Positions 1 to 12,954 of a DNA stretch of 64,000 nucleotides are shown in pieces; within the stretch, counting starts at the first letter, position 1, and every line of letters begins with the position of its first letter. The DNA is taken from assembly GCA_016748015.1 (NCBI GenBank), contig JAAOMT010000639.1, positions 124,001 to 188,000 on the forward strand. The letters are read 5' to 3'. The stretch is from Geosiphon pyriformis uo1. Lineage: Eukaryota > Fungi > Glomeromycota. Both the position numbers and the translations under genes were made by a program. The notes under the pieces were generated by a model, which saw nothing but the letters and a program-made list of their open reading frames with translations, was not told the origin of the DNA and did no database searches.

Positions 1-1055
1 CTACCCAGAAAAATGCAGAACTTCTCCCAGAACCGCATTCAGGCATTATAGATATCAATTCCCAAAACTCTTTGACTGTTATTTTCATGCTCTCTTGTAT
101 ATCGTTAAATTCCTCATTATTATCACCCTGAAAATGAGAGAAATCTTCCAAGTTTGATAAAAACCTATGTTTGACGTCATCCTCTAATCTTGGAACGACT
201 TGAAAAGCGAGATCTGAGTCATTGTATGGATATCCATAAGTCCAAAACGTCTTCTCCCCTTGAGTGCTTCCTGACCGGTTATTTTCATAATCTAAATCTT
301 TTATAAGAAGCCGTGCCCCATGTTCAGTTGATACGCCAGGAATAAAATACCAGCCTTTAATACCCTTCGATGAGACGGTTTCGTGTATGAATGCTTGCTG
401 TAAAAGATTTTTCCACCATTTGATCAATTGTACATCATTAAGAAGAGTTTTGTTTTGATTTCCTTTTGATCCGGGAAATAGGTATTCAGGTTGTGCGCGA
501 GCGAACAAATGTATCGAAACCTTGATATTAATAAAGAGGGTGTAAAAGCTCAAAAAAGCCGATATCAGGCTTTTTGAGAGGCTTTTATTACCTCCAGCGG
601 TTAATGGCGTCTGCAGACCGGTACTATCTACTTTTGATATGAATAAAGTAATCAAGTTTTCCGTAACATTGAGATATTCATAAGCTTCTAGAGCAGTAAC
701 GAGCACACTTTGGTCTGGAGCTACTTGCTCTTGTAAAAGCAGCAAGATTCTTCGAGAAAACTGTTGAGTACAAGCGTTGGTGTCATTTTGTGAGATTTGA
801 GGGTTTAAGCTTTTAGGTTCGGAATATAGAACATTAACAATATAGGAAAGTGGGGAGGCTCGAAGTCTTTTTTCAAGATATTGAGATATAAATTCAAGAA
901 GTCGACTTTGAGTATTTCCCTCTATTAGCAGAATAAAAGTTAGAGAGACACGACAATCAAGAAAAAATTGATAATTGAAGTTCTACTCAGAACTTGCCAG
1001 TTGGATTTTCGACATTCTTTGAAGAACTTAAAGGTTCGCGAGAATTAGAGGCCAT
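1..1055 (-). CDS. RTT109: Histone H3K56 acetyltransferase Rtt109, 3' end outside the window; exon 1 = 1055-998, exon 2 = 921-<1
   Basis: Manual translation gives a stop-free frame with Rtt109 motifs LFISKVDSTG, IHLFARAQPEYLFPGS, LLNDVQLIKWWKNLL, VPRLEDDVKHRFL and EFWELISIMPECGSGRSSAFFW. Absent from the ORF track because its stop lies outside the window. CpG is retained here, unlike in the repeats. Confidence 0.9.
922..997 (-). other. Probable 76-nt GC-AG intron of RTT109
   Basis: Donor G|GCAAGT, branch-like CTAAC and acceptor CTAATAG|. Removing it joins exon 1 (19 codons + 1 nt) in frame to exon 2; the unspliced frame hits TGA. Confidence 0.6.
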
Positions 1056-1076
1056 TTATTAATTTACACAAGGTAG

Positions 1077-1083
1077 ACGCGAA
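1077..1083. promoter_or_regulatory. MCB-like element ACGCGAA just upstream of the RTT109 ATG
   Basis: ACGCG core survives at the edge of a CpG-depleted region. Yeast RTT109 is an S-phase gene. Single short motif, so weak evidence. Confidence 0.25.
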
Positions 1084-1129
1084 CAAAAATGATCAATTAA
1101 AAAATACTTTAAAACAATTAAGCATTATT

Positions 1130-1600
1130 TTTTAATTATCAAATATTGCATTGATTGTTTTTAATAAATTATTTTTATAATTATGTAAATATTTTTAATA
1201 ATATAAAAATAATTTAAACAATTCAGATATTTAATATTAAGCATAAATATATTAATGTATATTATAAGCAAACGAAAATAATAACAATAAAAATTTTTTT
1301 ATTAATACCAATTTTAAAAAATAACAAGTATGATAAAAACATTAATATTTTCAAATAACTAAGCATTTTTTATGCAAATTAAATTTTAAACTTAACTATT
1401 TTTAAAAAAATAAAACAAAGCAATAATATTTTAAATAATTAAAATATTATAAAAATAACAGAGCCAAATTATTTAACAATAAAAAAATTAAATAAAATAC
1501 AGCAGTATATTTCAAAATATTATAAAAATAAACCATTCTAACAATTTTTGCAAAACTAAAACTTGTTTTATTTGATATTAAAATATACAGAATATTATAG
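1130..1600. repeat. Extremely AT-rich eroded sequence, probably a repeat relic
   Basis: Composition matches the most decayed LINE pieces in the window; no motif could be assigned with confidence. Confidence 0.3.
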
Positions 1601-3380
1601 TATTAAATAATGTTAAAAATTCTAATTTTTCTGGTAATACTTTGATGTTTTCTGTATTAAGAGATTTGGTGTTCTATAATATTTTATGCTCACTCAGGAG
1701 GTTTGATATTGCATTTGTTGAACAATTGTATAATAAAAAAAAGTTGGTTTTCGACTAGAAAAGCTTTTGTTATTGAAGAAAGCTCAATCTTAAAGGCCCA
1801 ATTTCTATTTGATTTAAGATAATATGTAATTTTTTAATCTGTTTTGTATCTTATCTTGTTGCTCAGTTGTTTAATAAAAGTTCTTGGCCATTAACCATTT
1901 TAGTTGTTAATGATTTTTTTAAAACCAAGCTCTGTTTTTTTAATATTAATTTGGATGTAATTAACATCTATACAAATAAGTTTTTGGAGAAGTTGGGTAT
2001 GCATAAAATAAGATATGATGTAACTGCATTTTTTTCTGACTTGAATGTTAGTGTTAGTATTAAAGTTGGTGGTTTGATATTTTCTACAATGGCAGAGTTA
2101 CAGATAATCACTTTGGCTTTGAAGTGTGTTTCAGCTTATAGTATTATTATAGTATATTCAAACAATCAAGCTGTTTTAGATGCTTGTATTGCAAAATTAT
2201 ATATAAATTTACCAGATTTTTGTAATAGTTGTTGGCTAGAAAAATGTTGTATTGTAAACTTAATTAGAAATAAGAAACTTAAAGTTTCTTAAAACAAAGC
2301 TAAAAGATATTCAGATGTGTTAAACAATAAGTATGCTAATAAATTGGCTTATTTAGCTTTATATTCAGATTTGTTGTTTTCTTTTCTTATCAATAAAAGA
2401 TATATTAGAACTAATAAGGTGGTGGTGTTTAAGAATATTTGTTATTTTATTTGTGAAATTTTTAAGACTATTTATTACATGTACTGAAAGATTAAATTTG
2501 GATTTGATATTATTAATATAAGCATAACAGGAAATGTGAATTAAATTTAGATCTTTTTAATTTGGTGCCTTGATTTGTATATGACAGCTGGTTTTATAAA
2601 TAAGTTTACTACTAGTTTATGTTTATATTTCATAAAAGCTCTGTATTATTATTTGTCAATTACTGTTTATAAACATTTATATAATAGAAGATATTCTAAT
2701 GTTTTGTGCTTTTATTGTAAAAAGATAAAAACTTCCAATTATTTTTTTGTGTATCCAATAGACTCTACTGTTTGAGTTGATCTGTTTAGATTATGTTTGG
2801 TTTAATAAAGTGTTTTATTAAGTTTAAATTTGCTATTATCTTGTGTTTTATAAGTGTTTTTTTTATGTAATTCTAATAATACTGTTTATACTGCCTTGTG
2901 TAAGAGTTTTGTATTTAAAAAATAATGTTTGAAAACTGTGTCTGTTTTTGATAATATCAAGATTATCAATGGAAAGATTGTTGATTTGGTACAAAAATTG
3001 GAAGTGGTTTGCTGTGTTAAAATATGAATAATAAAAACTAAGTATAAGACAATAATAAAAAAAAAAATCTGATTGCACATAATAATTTAATGTTTTCTAA
3101 AGTATATAGTCTGCTATTTCTGCTTTCTGTTGATGTTATTAAGTTGCTTAGAATTGTTAAAACACATGGTATTAGTTTTGGTTTTCAAAAACTTTGCAGT
3201 TTTTTTTTGGTACTAATAGTATAGTGTTTGTTAAAATAAATTTATAATATTATTTTAACTGACTTAAATAGTTAGTTATATATAGAAAATGCATAATTTG
3301 TATCTAGTTTAAATCATTTAGTTTGATGTATTGTGCTAGATGACATTTGGATCTTACTTATTAAATGAATAAAAAAAATA
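1600..3380 (+). mobile_element. L1a: 5'-truncated decayed LINE (RNase H, zinc finger, 3' UTR, poly-A)
   Basis: ORF 1867-2292 (INIYTNKFL...STMAELQIITLALKCV) matches the L3 RNase H; CFYCKK matches CLYCGE; the 3' UTR and poly-A match 46570-46700. Left boundary approximate. Confidence 0.8.
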
Positions 3381-3599
3381 ATAATAATAAATATAATTCA
3401 TAAATTTCAAATTTTTATTATATATTAATCCTAATTTTTTATATTTAAATTTTATTTGAAATTTAAACTCTGTTTTTACAAGTAATTAAAAATAATTTTA
3501 CAAATTTTACAATTTTATTTATTGTTATTTTAATATATTTATATATTTTTAATATGTTTTAATATCAATTTATTAATACAAATATATATATTTTTATTT

Positions 3600-5513
3600 A
3601 TATTAATAAATAAAACCCAAATACTACATAATACTATAAATCAAACTAAGTAATTTAAACTAGATGCAAATTACATATTTTCTACATATGACCAGTTACT
3701 TAAACCAATCAAAATAATATTACAGATTTATTATAATACATATATTATTATTAATATTGGAAAAAAATATATATAATTTATGCAAACCAAAACAAATATC
3801 AAAAGTCTTAGTAATTCTAAGTAATTTAACTATAATATTTAAAAGCAAAAATAACAAACCACAAATTACAAAAGATACAAAATTATCACAACAAATTAAA
3901 TTACTTTTTTTTATAATTATTTTATATTTAAATCTTATTAATTATATTTTATTATATTAAATTATTTTTAAATTATATATAAAATTTACAATTTTATTAA
4001 TAATAACTTTAGTATTAAATATAAACAAAGTTTTTTGATATTAATTTTTAAAAACAATACTTTTATATAAAATAATATATAATATATTATCAGTTTTATA
4101 AGAAAAAAACAATTATAAAATACCAGATAATAATAAGTACAACTTTAATAGAAATTTTTACAAAGTTATATATGAATTTAACAATTTTTTATAAACAATA
4201 TAATTATTTTTATATATAAAAATATAATTAAAAAACTTGATTTTTTTGTACTAAGAACACAAAACACTAAAATATTTTTTATTATATAAATATTTATGTA
4301 TAATAATAAATAAGTAATAATACAAAATTTTCATAAAATAAAAACATAAACCAGTTATAAATTTATTTATAAACTTAAAAACTATATACAAGTTAAAATA
4401 CCAAACCAAAAAAATTCAAACTCAATTAATATTTTTAATTAAATTATTGTTAATAATACTAATATTTAGTTTAATCTTTTAATAAGTATAATAAACAACT
4501 TTAAAAATATTATACATAAAATACTAAACATTTTCAAAAACTACTATTCTATTAATTTTAATATATTTTTTATAAATATAAACAAAAAACAATATATTTA
4601 AACAAATATAATATTAACAAGCTTATTAGTCTTTTTATTTTTCAAAATACTTAAATAATTTTTAATCTTAGATAAATTTATATTAAAATTTTTATATTTA
4701 ATAATATATATTATATAATATTTTTTAAGTTAATACTTATTATAAAAATTTAACAATATTATATTTAATTTAAATAAATAAATATTTAAAACAGTTTAAT
4801 TATCTAAATATACTATTACAAAGCTAAAAGTTAACATATATTTTAAAGTCAAAACAACTACTTACAAGTTTGTCAACATAAAAAAACCAAATTTTATTTT
4901 AATAATAATAATTATGTTTAAATTTACAAAAAACACAATAATATTATATTTTATTTCAAATATATTCAAGTTTTTTAAAAAACTATCTGTGTAAATATTG
5001 ATTATTTTTAAGTTAGCATTAAATAAACTCTCTTTTATTACAAAAAAACTACATAAATTATATATATTAAAAGACTAAGATTTAACAGCTAAAAATAAAA
5101 TAAATAATCAAAGATATTATAGCTTAAATAAATAATTATTAATCTAAATTAATTGAAATAAGACTTTTAAAATCAAGTTTTTTTCAGTAATAAGACTTTT
5201 TTTAATTAAAAATTGGCTTATTTTTATGTAAAACTGCTCAATAAAAGCAATATCAAAATCTTTTAAATAAGTAAAAAATATTATATAAAAAAATAAATTT
5301 TTTAAAATAATAAATATTAAAGTATTATTAAAGAAATAAAATACAAAAAACAAATTGTTTTTAAAAAAATATTATAATCCAAAAATATCTTAACAATTTT
5401 AGCTAAAAAATTATTTATTAAATTAAAATTAAATTTCACAAAAAATTGTAAAAAATAGTTAAAAAACTAATTTAATATTTATAGATCTGAAAATTTATAT
5501 TTAAATAGCTAAT
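3600..5513 (-). mobile_element. L0 piece 3: 3' part of the oldest, heavily eroded LINE
   Basis: The reverse complement carries the LINE 3' UTR (3610-3715) and eroded ORF2 (LFKYKFSDL*IL; NNFLAKIVKIF), continuing directly from piece 2 at 38769. Confidence 0.7.
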
Positions 5514-6744
5514 TTAGACAGTTAGTCTGCTATTAATGCCTACATATCTAAAACATCTCTTGCTGTACCTAACTTTCATAATCAATGTTAGATTAAGAAA
5601 TTGCATATAGTCAATCTTCTTAAGAATAAGGACATTTCTGTTAAATGAGTAAAAATTAAAAGACATTTTAGAGTGTTTGATAATGTTAGAGCTAATGTGT
5701 TAGCTAAAAAATCTACTTTCTCAACTCTTTTTTTTCCAGTTAGAATTAGGAAAAAATTTTTGGTTGCTGAAGAAACTGCAATATTTGGCAATATTTGTCA
5801 TTTTGTTTGTAATCTGTACTGGTCTGTTTGCTGTGCTTATTGGAAGGCTGGTTCTGGTTTTAATATAGTTTCAAGTGTTATGATTAAGAAGATTGATTAA
5901 GATACCACTTTAAAGATTTGGCATTCTAATTCACATATGTTTGCTGAATTCATGAGTAGAAAATTGGCCAATTTGTATACATATTTGATGAAAGCTATAT
6001 ATAAACAGTTGTTAGTTGTAGTTAGGAAAAGACTGTACAACAGAGATTATTCTGGAGTGCAGTGCTTGCTTTATGGTAAGGTAGAATTGTTTGATTATGT
6101 CTTCACTTGTTCTGATGACTCTGGTCTCTGTGAAGATATTTTGGTTAAAACTGTTAAGAAATAGATGTTATTGTTTAGTTCTTTGTGTTTGTTTACTTCT
6201 ACTGTTTTATAGTTGCTTTCGATGTGTTTTTTGGATGTAGGTTTTTACACAGCTATTTGCAAGAGTTTTGTGTTAAAGAATTGATACACTGAAACTGTTT
6301 TGGTCTTTGATAATAAAAGAAAAGCTGCATTGGCTTTTGTTAAATTTATTAAGTTTGTGATAGAGTTGTATTGCACTAAGATATGAGTCATTAGATCTAA
6401 GCATAAAGTAAATATAGAGAAGACTGGGTTAGTCAAAGATAGTGGTATTGTGTTGGATTTGTTTTACTACATGAGATTAGTGTTATCAGATGGGGTAGTT
6501 CTCATGTTTAGTATTATAAACTTTTTTGCTATTAGATTTAATAGACATAAATTGTGTTGTTGTTTTTCTGGTTTGGGTAGTGATGTGTGTGTTCATATAA
6601 GTGTATAGTATAATCTTGTTTGGCTTAAATGACTAGCCACATGTAGATAGTGTATAAACTGTATTTAGTTGGTTTTACTTAGTTTGGTTTTATGTACTAG
6701 ATAGCAATTAGACTTTATTTATTAATTACATAATAATAAAAAAA
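5514..6744 (+). mobile_element. L1b: 5'-truncated LINE (RNase H C-terminal half to poly-A) inserted in L0
   Basis: Peptides V(K)*VKIKRHFRVFDNVRAN and QCLLYGKVELFDYVFTC, 3' UTR and poly-A; flanked by AAATAGCTAAT (5503-5513) and AAATAGCTGAT (6742-6752). Confidence 0.8.
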
Positions 6745-7090
6745 TAGCTGATAAAACAAAAAAAACTTCTTTTTCTTTTTTATCCTAAATTTCCAAAAAA
6801 AGAGTCAAAAAGTTTTTTTTGAAAAAAGTTTTTACCATTTAGTATAATAAATCAAAACTGTTTTTGTTTAATTACAAGACTACTATTGGTCCTAGTATTG
6901 CTGTTATAAAAAAGACTGTTAAAAGTTCTGGTTTTGGTGCTAGTTTTAAAACCATTTTGTTAAAAAAAAAGAGAAGAGGTAATGTTTTGGAAAATAGTGT
7001 TAGCAACAGAGACAATTTTAATAAAGTGCTAAATGGTCATTTTTGGGGTTTAGAGACAAACAACTTGACTGAATCTGATAGCATTATCAT

Positions 7091-7959
7091 TGTTACAGAT
7101 GATTATTTGGAGTCTTAAATCAAATAACAAATCTATAACTTGGTGCTTGGTTGGTATTCTGGTGTTGATGTCTGAAGATTTTGTTGATCTGAAAGTTTTG
7201 TTGTGAAGTTCTTTGTATAATGAACAGAGATGGAATAGTTGTTTTTAATAGCCTCCCAGAATCGCAATTCTGTCGAATTTTTTTCTCAGCATAGTGGCTG
7301 GTAATTCTCCTGGTAAGCTATCCTCAAATCTATGAGTGTTCTACTCTTGTTTCATGGGTCTTTTACCAGTCCCTATGATGTCTATATCTCAGTGCTTAAT
7401 CTTTAATCAATTTAGTAAACAACAATAAAATCAAAGAAAAGAAAATAAAGAAAATAAAGTAAATAAAAAAAATAAAGTCAAATGCAATTGCAAGTTAGTA
7501 TTCCATCAATAGCCATGATCAAGAGCTATTGTTCCAGTGTAGTCAAGTATCAATTATTATCAACATGAAGTGTTGATAGTAGGGAGTAAATTGAGATAGT
7601 GAATAATTATTTATTGATATTGGGAAATAGAAGGTTACTTAGATCAAATCTAAACTGAGAGGTTTGTCTTTTCTACTTTTAATGCTATCATTATATATAC
7701 ATAATTTGGGTTTTATGAGATTGCTTACATTCTTAAGTGATGTGCTATAATTTCTCAAGCAATGTGCTGTATTTTCTTGACATTACTCCATATTGCTGAA
7801 TAATATGCTATGATTTCTAACATTGCTTCATATTGCTAAGCAATGTGCCATGATTTCTGACATTGCTCCATATTGCTGAGCAATGTGCTCACATGCTAAC
7901 TACTACTCTCTTATTGGTCTACTAATTTTTTTATATTTGTTTTCTTTTTATGAGTAATA
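7091..7959 (-). repeat. A1 3' LTR
   Basis: TGTTAC...GTAATA termini; homologous to 11942-12152, 31870-32335 and the reverse complement of 29183-30062. Confidence 0.9.
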
Positions 7960-7974
7960 TTATCTCCTCCTTTT

Positions 7975-8610
7975 TTAATATTGAGCTCTGTCAAAATTTT
8001 TGTTTTGAATTAATTCTAATACTTCTTTTTTAAGTATTGTTTGTTCGACTCTGTTCCTCATGTTTTCTACTTGTGTATTGTTCATTCTTCCCTATTGGTT
8101 AATGGTTATGGTTTCCATGTCAGAGTGTAACAGTATTTCTGGATAGTTTCGAAATATGTTGTGTAGTCAGTATATTGTTTTAACGTGTAGTGTTAAATTT
8201 GTTTTCTTTCTAATAAATTTTTCAATTTGTTGTATTATATTTTGGTTGAATATTCTCTTAGATTTGTCAATATACAACTCCTGAATATTCAACTTTTGAC
8301 CTAACTGATAGTAGCAATATGATATTAAAAGTCATTCTGTCTATTGCTTCCAATTTTTTTTTGTAAGCTTTTCTGTTGGTGCCATAACAAATATTTTCCC
8401 AAAAGTGTTCTTTACTTTTTCTATTAAGTTATCTGTCCAGTTTTTATTGTGCTTTGGTGGTTGCTGGTATGATGTATTCTTTGTCTTTCTTTTAGTGTTT
8501 CAATAGCAAATTATTTGGTTGTTAATAACAATTTCCATGTCTAACTGTTGTTTACTTAAGGCCTGGAACAATTGTTGAGCTATAATGTGAATATGATCTG
8601 GTATTTCCAT
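7975..8610 (-). pseudogene. Family-A ORF3 (unknown ~211-aa protein), A1 copy
   Basis: Starts MEIPDHIHIIAQQLFQAL; 636 nt, same length as the A2 copy at 28533-29168. Confidence 0.7.
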
Positions 8611-8975
8611 TTTTCTTGGTTGCTTTTGTCGCAAGTACTGTGTTCTTTTTTATATACTCTTTTGGTTGTTCAATTTGACATGTTCAGTTTAATAACTATG
8701 ATTGGTTCCTGATTTCATGAAATCTCATCTGGTTGCACTAGTATTTTTTGTACTCCCAGTTGTGGAATGTTATTGGTGGATTATGATGCTGTCTGGTGAT
8801 ATTGTTTCAGTTGATCACCATGTGCTGCTTTGGCTAAGATTTTGTTGTCCCATCTTAATTTATAAGCTCTATTTCCAAGAATTTCTTCTATGTGAAATGG
8901 TTCATTCCATTTGGAGTCAAATTTTCCACTCCATTGTTTTTCTGCCTTGGTGCGATGTAAAAGTACTTTGTCTCC

Positions 8976-11881
8976 TTCTGTTTTTCTTTGCCATTGTCAT
9001 CCCAAGAGAGTATTGGTGGCAACATATTGTGGTCTTTATTGGTCCAGGAAACTTGATAAGCTTCTCAGGTAGGTTTCTTTTTTTCTTTTTCCACTTTGAT
9101 AAGTAGGGCTGATGGCAGGGTGATGGGTTTGAAGTGGCTACACATGGCTGGTACTCGTGTGTGTTGGCTGTTTTGGCTAATTTGCAACTCTTGGGTGGTC
9201 CAGTTAAGCATTGTGTTTGTTTTGGACAGCCAGTCATTACCAACTAGGGCTTGGTATTGGGTGGCTTCCATGATCAGTACTTTGATTGGTACAATTATGC
9301 CGTTGACTTCAATAGGGAAGTTGTCAATCTCACCAATGGGGGTTTCGGTTGTTTCATTGGTGGTTATAATTCTGGCACTGGCAGCACAATCAACTTAGTG
9401 ACTTAATTGATCCAAGAGTTGTCTTGTGATAATGCTACCAGTTGATCTACTATTTAGTATTAGTTTAATGGCATGACCATTAACCTTTGCATCAGTGTAC
9501 ATAGTGGTGATTGGTTTGGTGTCAAGAGTGGCACCACTGAATAATGAAACTGGTGTGGTTTTTTCAAATTCGAATGAAAAGATTGCAGCTAATAATTTGT
9601 TGTTAGTTATGGTGGCTGGAGGTATATTGCTGATAAGTGATTTGTGTTGGATGGGTTTCTGGTTGTTGGATAAGACATCTTCTGGGGTAACCAGGAGACT
9701 TAAATAGTTTTGAGAACTCGAGTTTTGAGTATACCTGGTTCCTGAACTCTGCTGTTGTGATTCTGATGGCTGGTTGGATGAACTGGGAATCAGTTGGTAA
9801 ACAACCATCACTAATCTCCAGTTTTGGGTAATTCTTAATCTGGAGTTTTCTGATGTTATTTGAGCTGGGTTGGATGGTGGTGTTTGGACTATAGGTGTTT
9901 GATAAATTATTTGTGGCTGCAGTGGTTGATATATTATTGGTGGCTGTGGTTGATAAATTGGAGATTGATATATGAGTGGTTGATATATTGGTTGTTGCAT
10001 TATTGGCAGATAAGTCAGTTAATATGGTGCTAGATTGGATTGGTAATTCGGAGTTGAAAACTGGTAATTAAGGTTTTGATATTGATTTTTCAATTGTTGG
10101 TTATCTATCTTTAACCTACAGTCAATCCTTAAATGTCCTTGTTTACCACAATAGTGACAAATATACATCTTTTGCTGCCATGGCTGATTGGATGATATTG
10201 ATGGGTGCGACTGATTTGGGAAACAATTCATGTTTTCTTGGGTATTGTGTTGTTGTGGAGGTTGATAAATTATGCAATTGTCAGCTAAGTATTTCTCTAA
10301 TTTCTGATTTATTGATTCACTGAATTGCTTCAATTTGGAATCCAAATCAGATGATCTGTTCATCATTAGATTTACTGCTTGAGCATGGTTGGCTTCTAAT
10401 TCAGTGGCTTCAAAATCTCTGACATTTGTGATGGCTGCTTGTAGATTAACTGGATGCATTGGACATACATATTGTAAAATGCTACTGCATAATCCTTGAA
10501 TGAACTAATTTAGGATCTGGGCCACTGTAAAGTAATTAGCATTGATGGTTTGTATTTGGTGCAGATTCCTGTGGAAGTGTCCTAAGTAAGTGGTGACTGC
10601 TTCATTTTCTCTTTGCTTAATAGTAGTGAAGGTGTTTGCTAGCCAGTTAATGCTGTTGTTGTTGCTGAAATATCTTAAGAACTCAATTTTAAATGCATTA
10701 AAATCTTGGGATTTATTGATTAGGCTTTGATACCATAAATCAGCAGTATCCTGAAGAAAATATGAAATGGCTTGCATGGCTCTGACATTATTCCATCCAT
10801 TGACCACTATGGCTTTTTTTATGTCATTAAGCCATACTTGGGTGTTATCTTCTTCACTGGTGAATTTTTCAAGTTTGGCTATTGGTGCGTATACCATTGG
10901 ATCTAAGTTGGGTTGTAGTGGTTATTGAAGTGGTACTAGTGGCTGTTGAATCTGCTGGTGTGGTTGTTGTAGTGGCTGGCCAATTGGTTCAATTGGTGGT
11001 GGGTTAATGATAATAACAGGAAGTAGGTTTGGTTGATTAGTTAGATCGGAATTTTGATTGTTCTGATTGTGCTGTGTTTGAAAATTCAGAGTTTCAATTT
11101 CCAGATTTTTTAAATTTAGATTTTGCTAAGTCTGAAAGTTCAGGGTTTTGATTTCCAGATTTTCAGTGATCAGGTTCTGATAAGTAAATTCTTGATCTTT
11201 AGAGTTTTCTTCCTCTTTTTTTTGGTCTTTTTCTGATTCTGTTACTTTCCAAGAACTCGTGGTTCCGAAATCTGGTTGGAATAATGGAGATTGGAGTTCT
11301 GATGGCATAGGCAATTGAGACTTAAATCCTTTGAAATACATGCTGTATGGTCCTAGAAGATCTTTTTTTTTTTGTTTACTCTGAAATGGAAATTGTCTAA
11401 AAGTTGATGTCATGTTTGATGTGGATGCACCTATAATATTGATGGCACTTCTGGGTGTATAATGGTATGATAGATTAGTTGGTGATTCAACTCTTGTTTT
11501 CTTCTAAGTAGGTGGTTGTATCTTTTGAAGTGTTACTGCTGATGTTTGTAATTTTTCTTTGCCTTTGTTTGTGTAGGTAATTTGATATCTTTGTTGAGTG
11601 TGAATTTCAATTTCTTTATTAATTTCAGTGAGGATTGCTGTGAAATTGTAATTTGTTGGTAGACTGGTATTCTGGATTAATTCATTGTAGAAGTTTCCTC
11701 TGGTTGAGTTAGTTTCTACTGATACTCATAGTAAATATGAGATTTTCTTGTAGATGTAGAAATTGAAAACTGATTCTGCTGATAAGTGGTTGTCAGTTAA
11801 TCATAAATGTTGACAGTAGTGTTGGAATAAGGATTTTGCAAATCCTAAATAGTTTGTCTCTGTTTTTTTGGATTCTGCCAC
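8976..11881 (-). pseudogene. gag: A1 gag + protease, joined by deletion to the integrase tail
   Basis: MVYAPIAKLEKFTSEEDNTQVWL capsid-like region, CHYCGKQGHLRIDC knuckle, KLILNSRSTGSII protease; junction to GDKVLLHRTKAEKQW at ~8972-8976. Confidence 0.85.
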
Positions 11882-12152
11882 TGTTTGAATGAGTGTTGGT
11901 GCTGGTTCTCTGTAGGATTATACCTTACAGAGAGCACTAAATGTTACAGATGATTATTTAAGATTTCAAATCAAATAACAAATCCGTAACTTGGTGCTTG
12001 GTTGGTATTTTGGTGTTAATGTCTAAAGGTTTTGTTGATCTGAAGGTTTTGTTATGGAGTTTTTTGTATAATAGACAGAGATGTAATAGTTGTTTTTAGT
12101 AGCCTCCTGGAATTACAATTCTGTTGAATTTCTTTCTCAGTGTGGTGACCAG

Positions 12153-12935
12153 TATTATTCATAGAAAAAAAAAACAGATATAGGAAAATAGGAGACCAAT
12201 AGGAGAATAGTAGTTAGCATGTGAACATATTGCTTAGCAATGTGGAGTGATGTCAAGAAAATACAGCACATTGCTTAAGAAATTATAATACATTGCTTGA
12301 GAATGTGAGCAATTTCATAGAACCCAAATTATGTATATATAGTGGTAGCATTAAAAGTAAAAAAGACAGATCTCTCAGTTTAGATTTGATCTAAGCAATC
12401 CTCTATTCACAAATATTAATAAATAATTATTGACCATCTTAATTTACTTTCCACTATTAACACTTCATGTTAATAGTAAGTAATACTTAACCACACAAGA
12501 ACAATAGCTCTTGATTATGGCTATTGATGGGATACTAACTTGCAATTGCTTTCATTTATTTCTTTATTTTTATTTTTATTTTCTTTTGATTTGTCATTTC
12601 ATTGGTTTTACTAAACTGATTAAAAATTAAGTGCTGAGTTATTGATGTTAAGAATAGCCTAGTAAAAGACCCCAAAGGAAGGGTATAGGAATTAAAAATT
12701 TAAGAATAGCTTACCAGAAAGGCATCTCTGTCAAGATTACTGGCCACTATGTTGAGAAAAAAATTTGACAAAACTGTGGTTTTGGGAGGCTATGAGAAAG
12801 ACAACACTTGAATCTCTGTCTATTATACAAAAGACTCCACAACAAAACCTTCAGATATTGACACCAGAATACCAACCAAGCACCAAGTTACAGATTTGTT
12901 ATTTGACTTGAGACTCCAAATAATCATCTGTAATA
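12153..12935 (+). repeat. A2 5' LTR
   Basis: Decayed TGTTACTCAT...CTGTAACA termini; matches 29183-30062 but has fewer U3 repeat units. Confidence 0.9.
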
Positions 12936-12937
12936 TT

Positions 12938-12954
12938 TGGTGCTCCCTGTGAGG
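12938..12954 (+). promoter_or_regulatory. Primer-binding site TGGTGCTCCCTGTGAGG
   Basis: Begins with TGG 2 nt after the LTR; complementary to a tRNA 3' end CCUCACAGGGAGCACCA. Confidence 0.85.

Noticed and set aside
1-1055. Functional link between RTT109 (named for regulating Ty1 transposition) and the adjacent retroelement cluster
   Set aside because: In a repeat-rich genome most genes border such clusters; nothing in the sequence supports more than coincidence.
12938-12954. tRNA gene
   Set aside because: Only the 17-nt complement of a tRNA 3' end is present; there is no cloverleaf.
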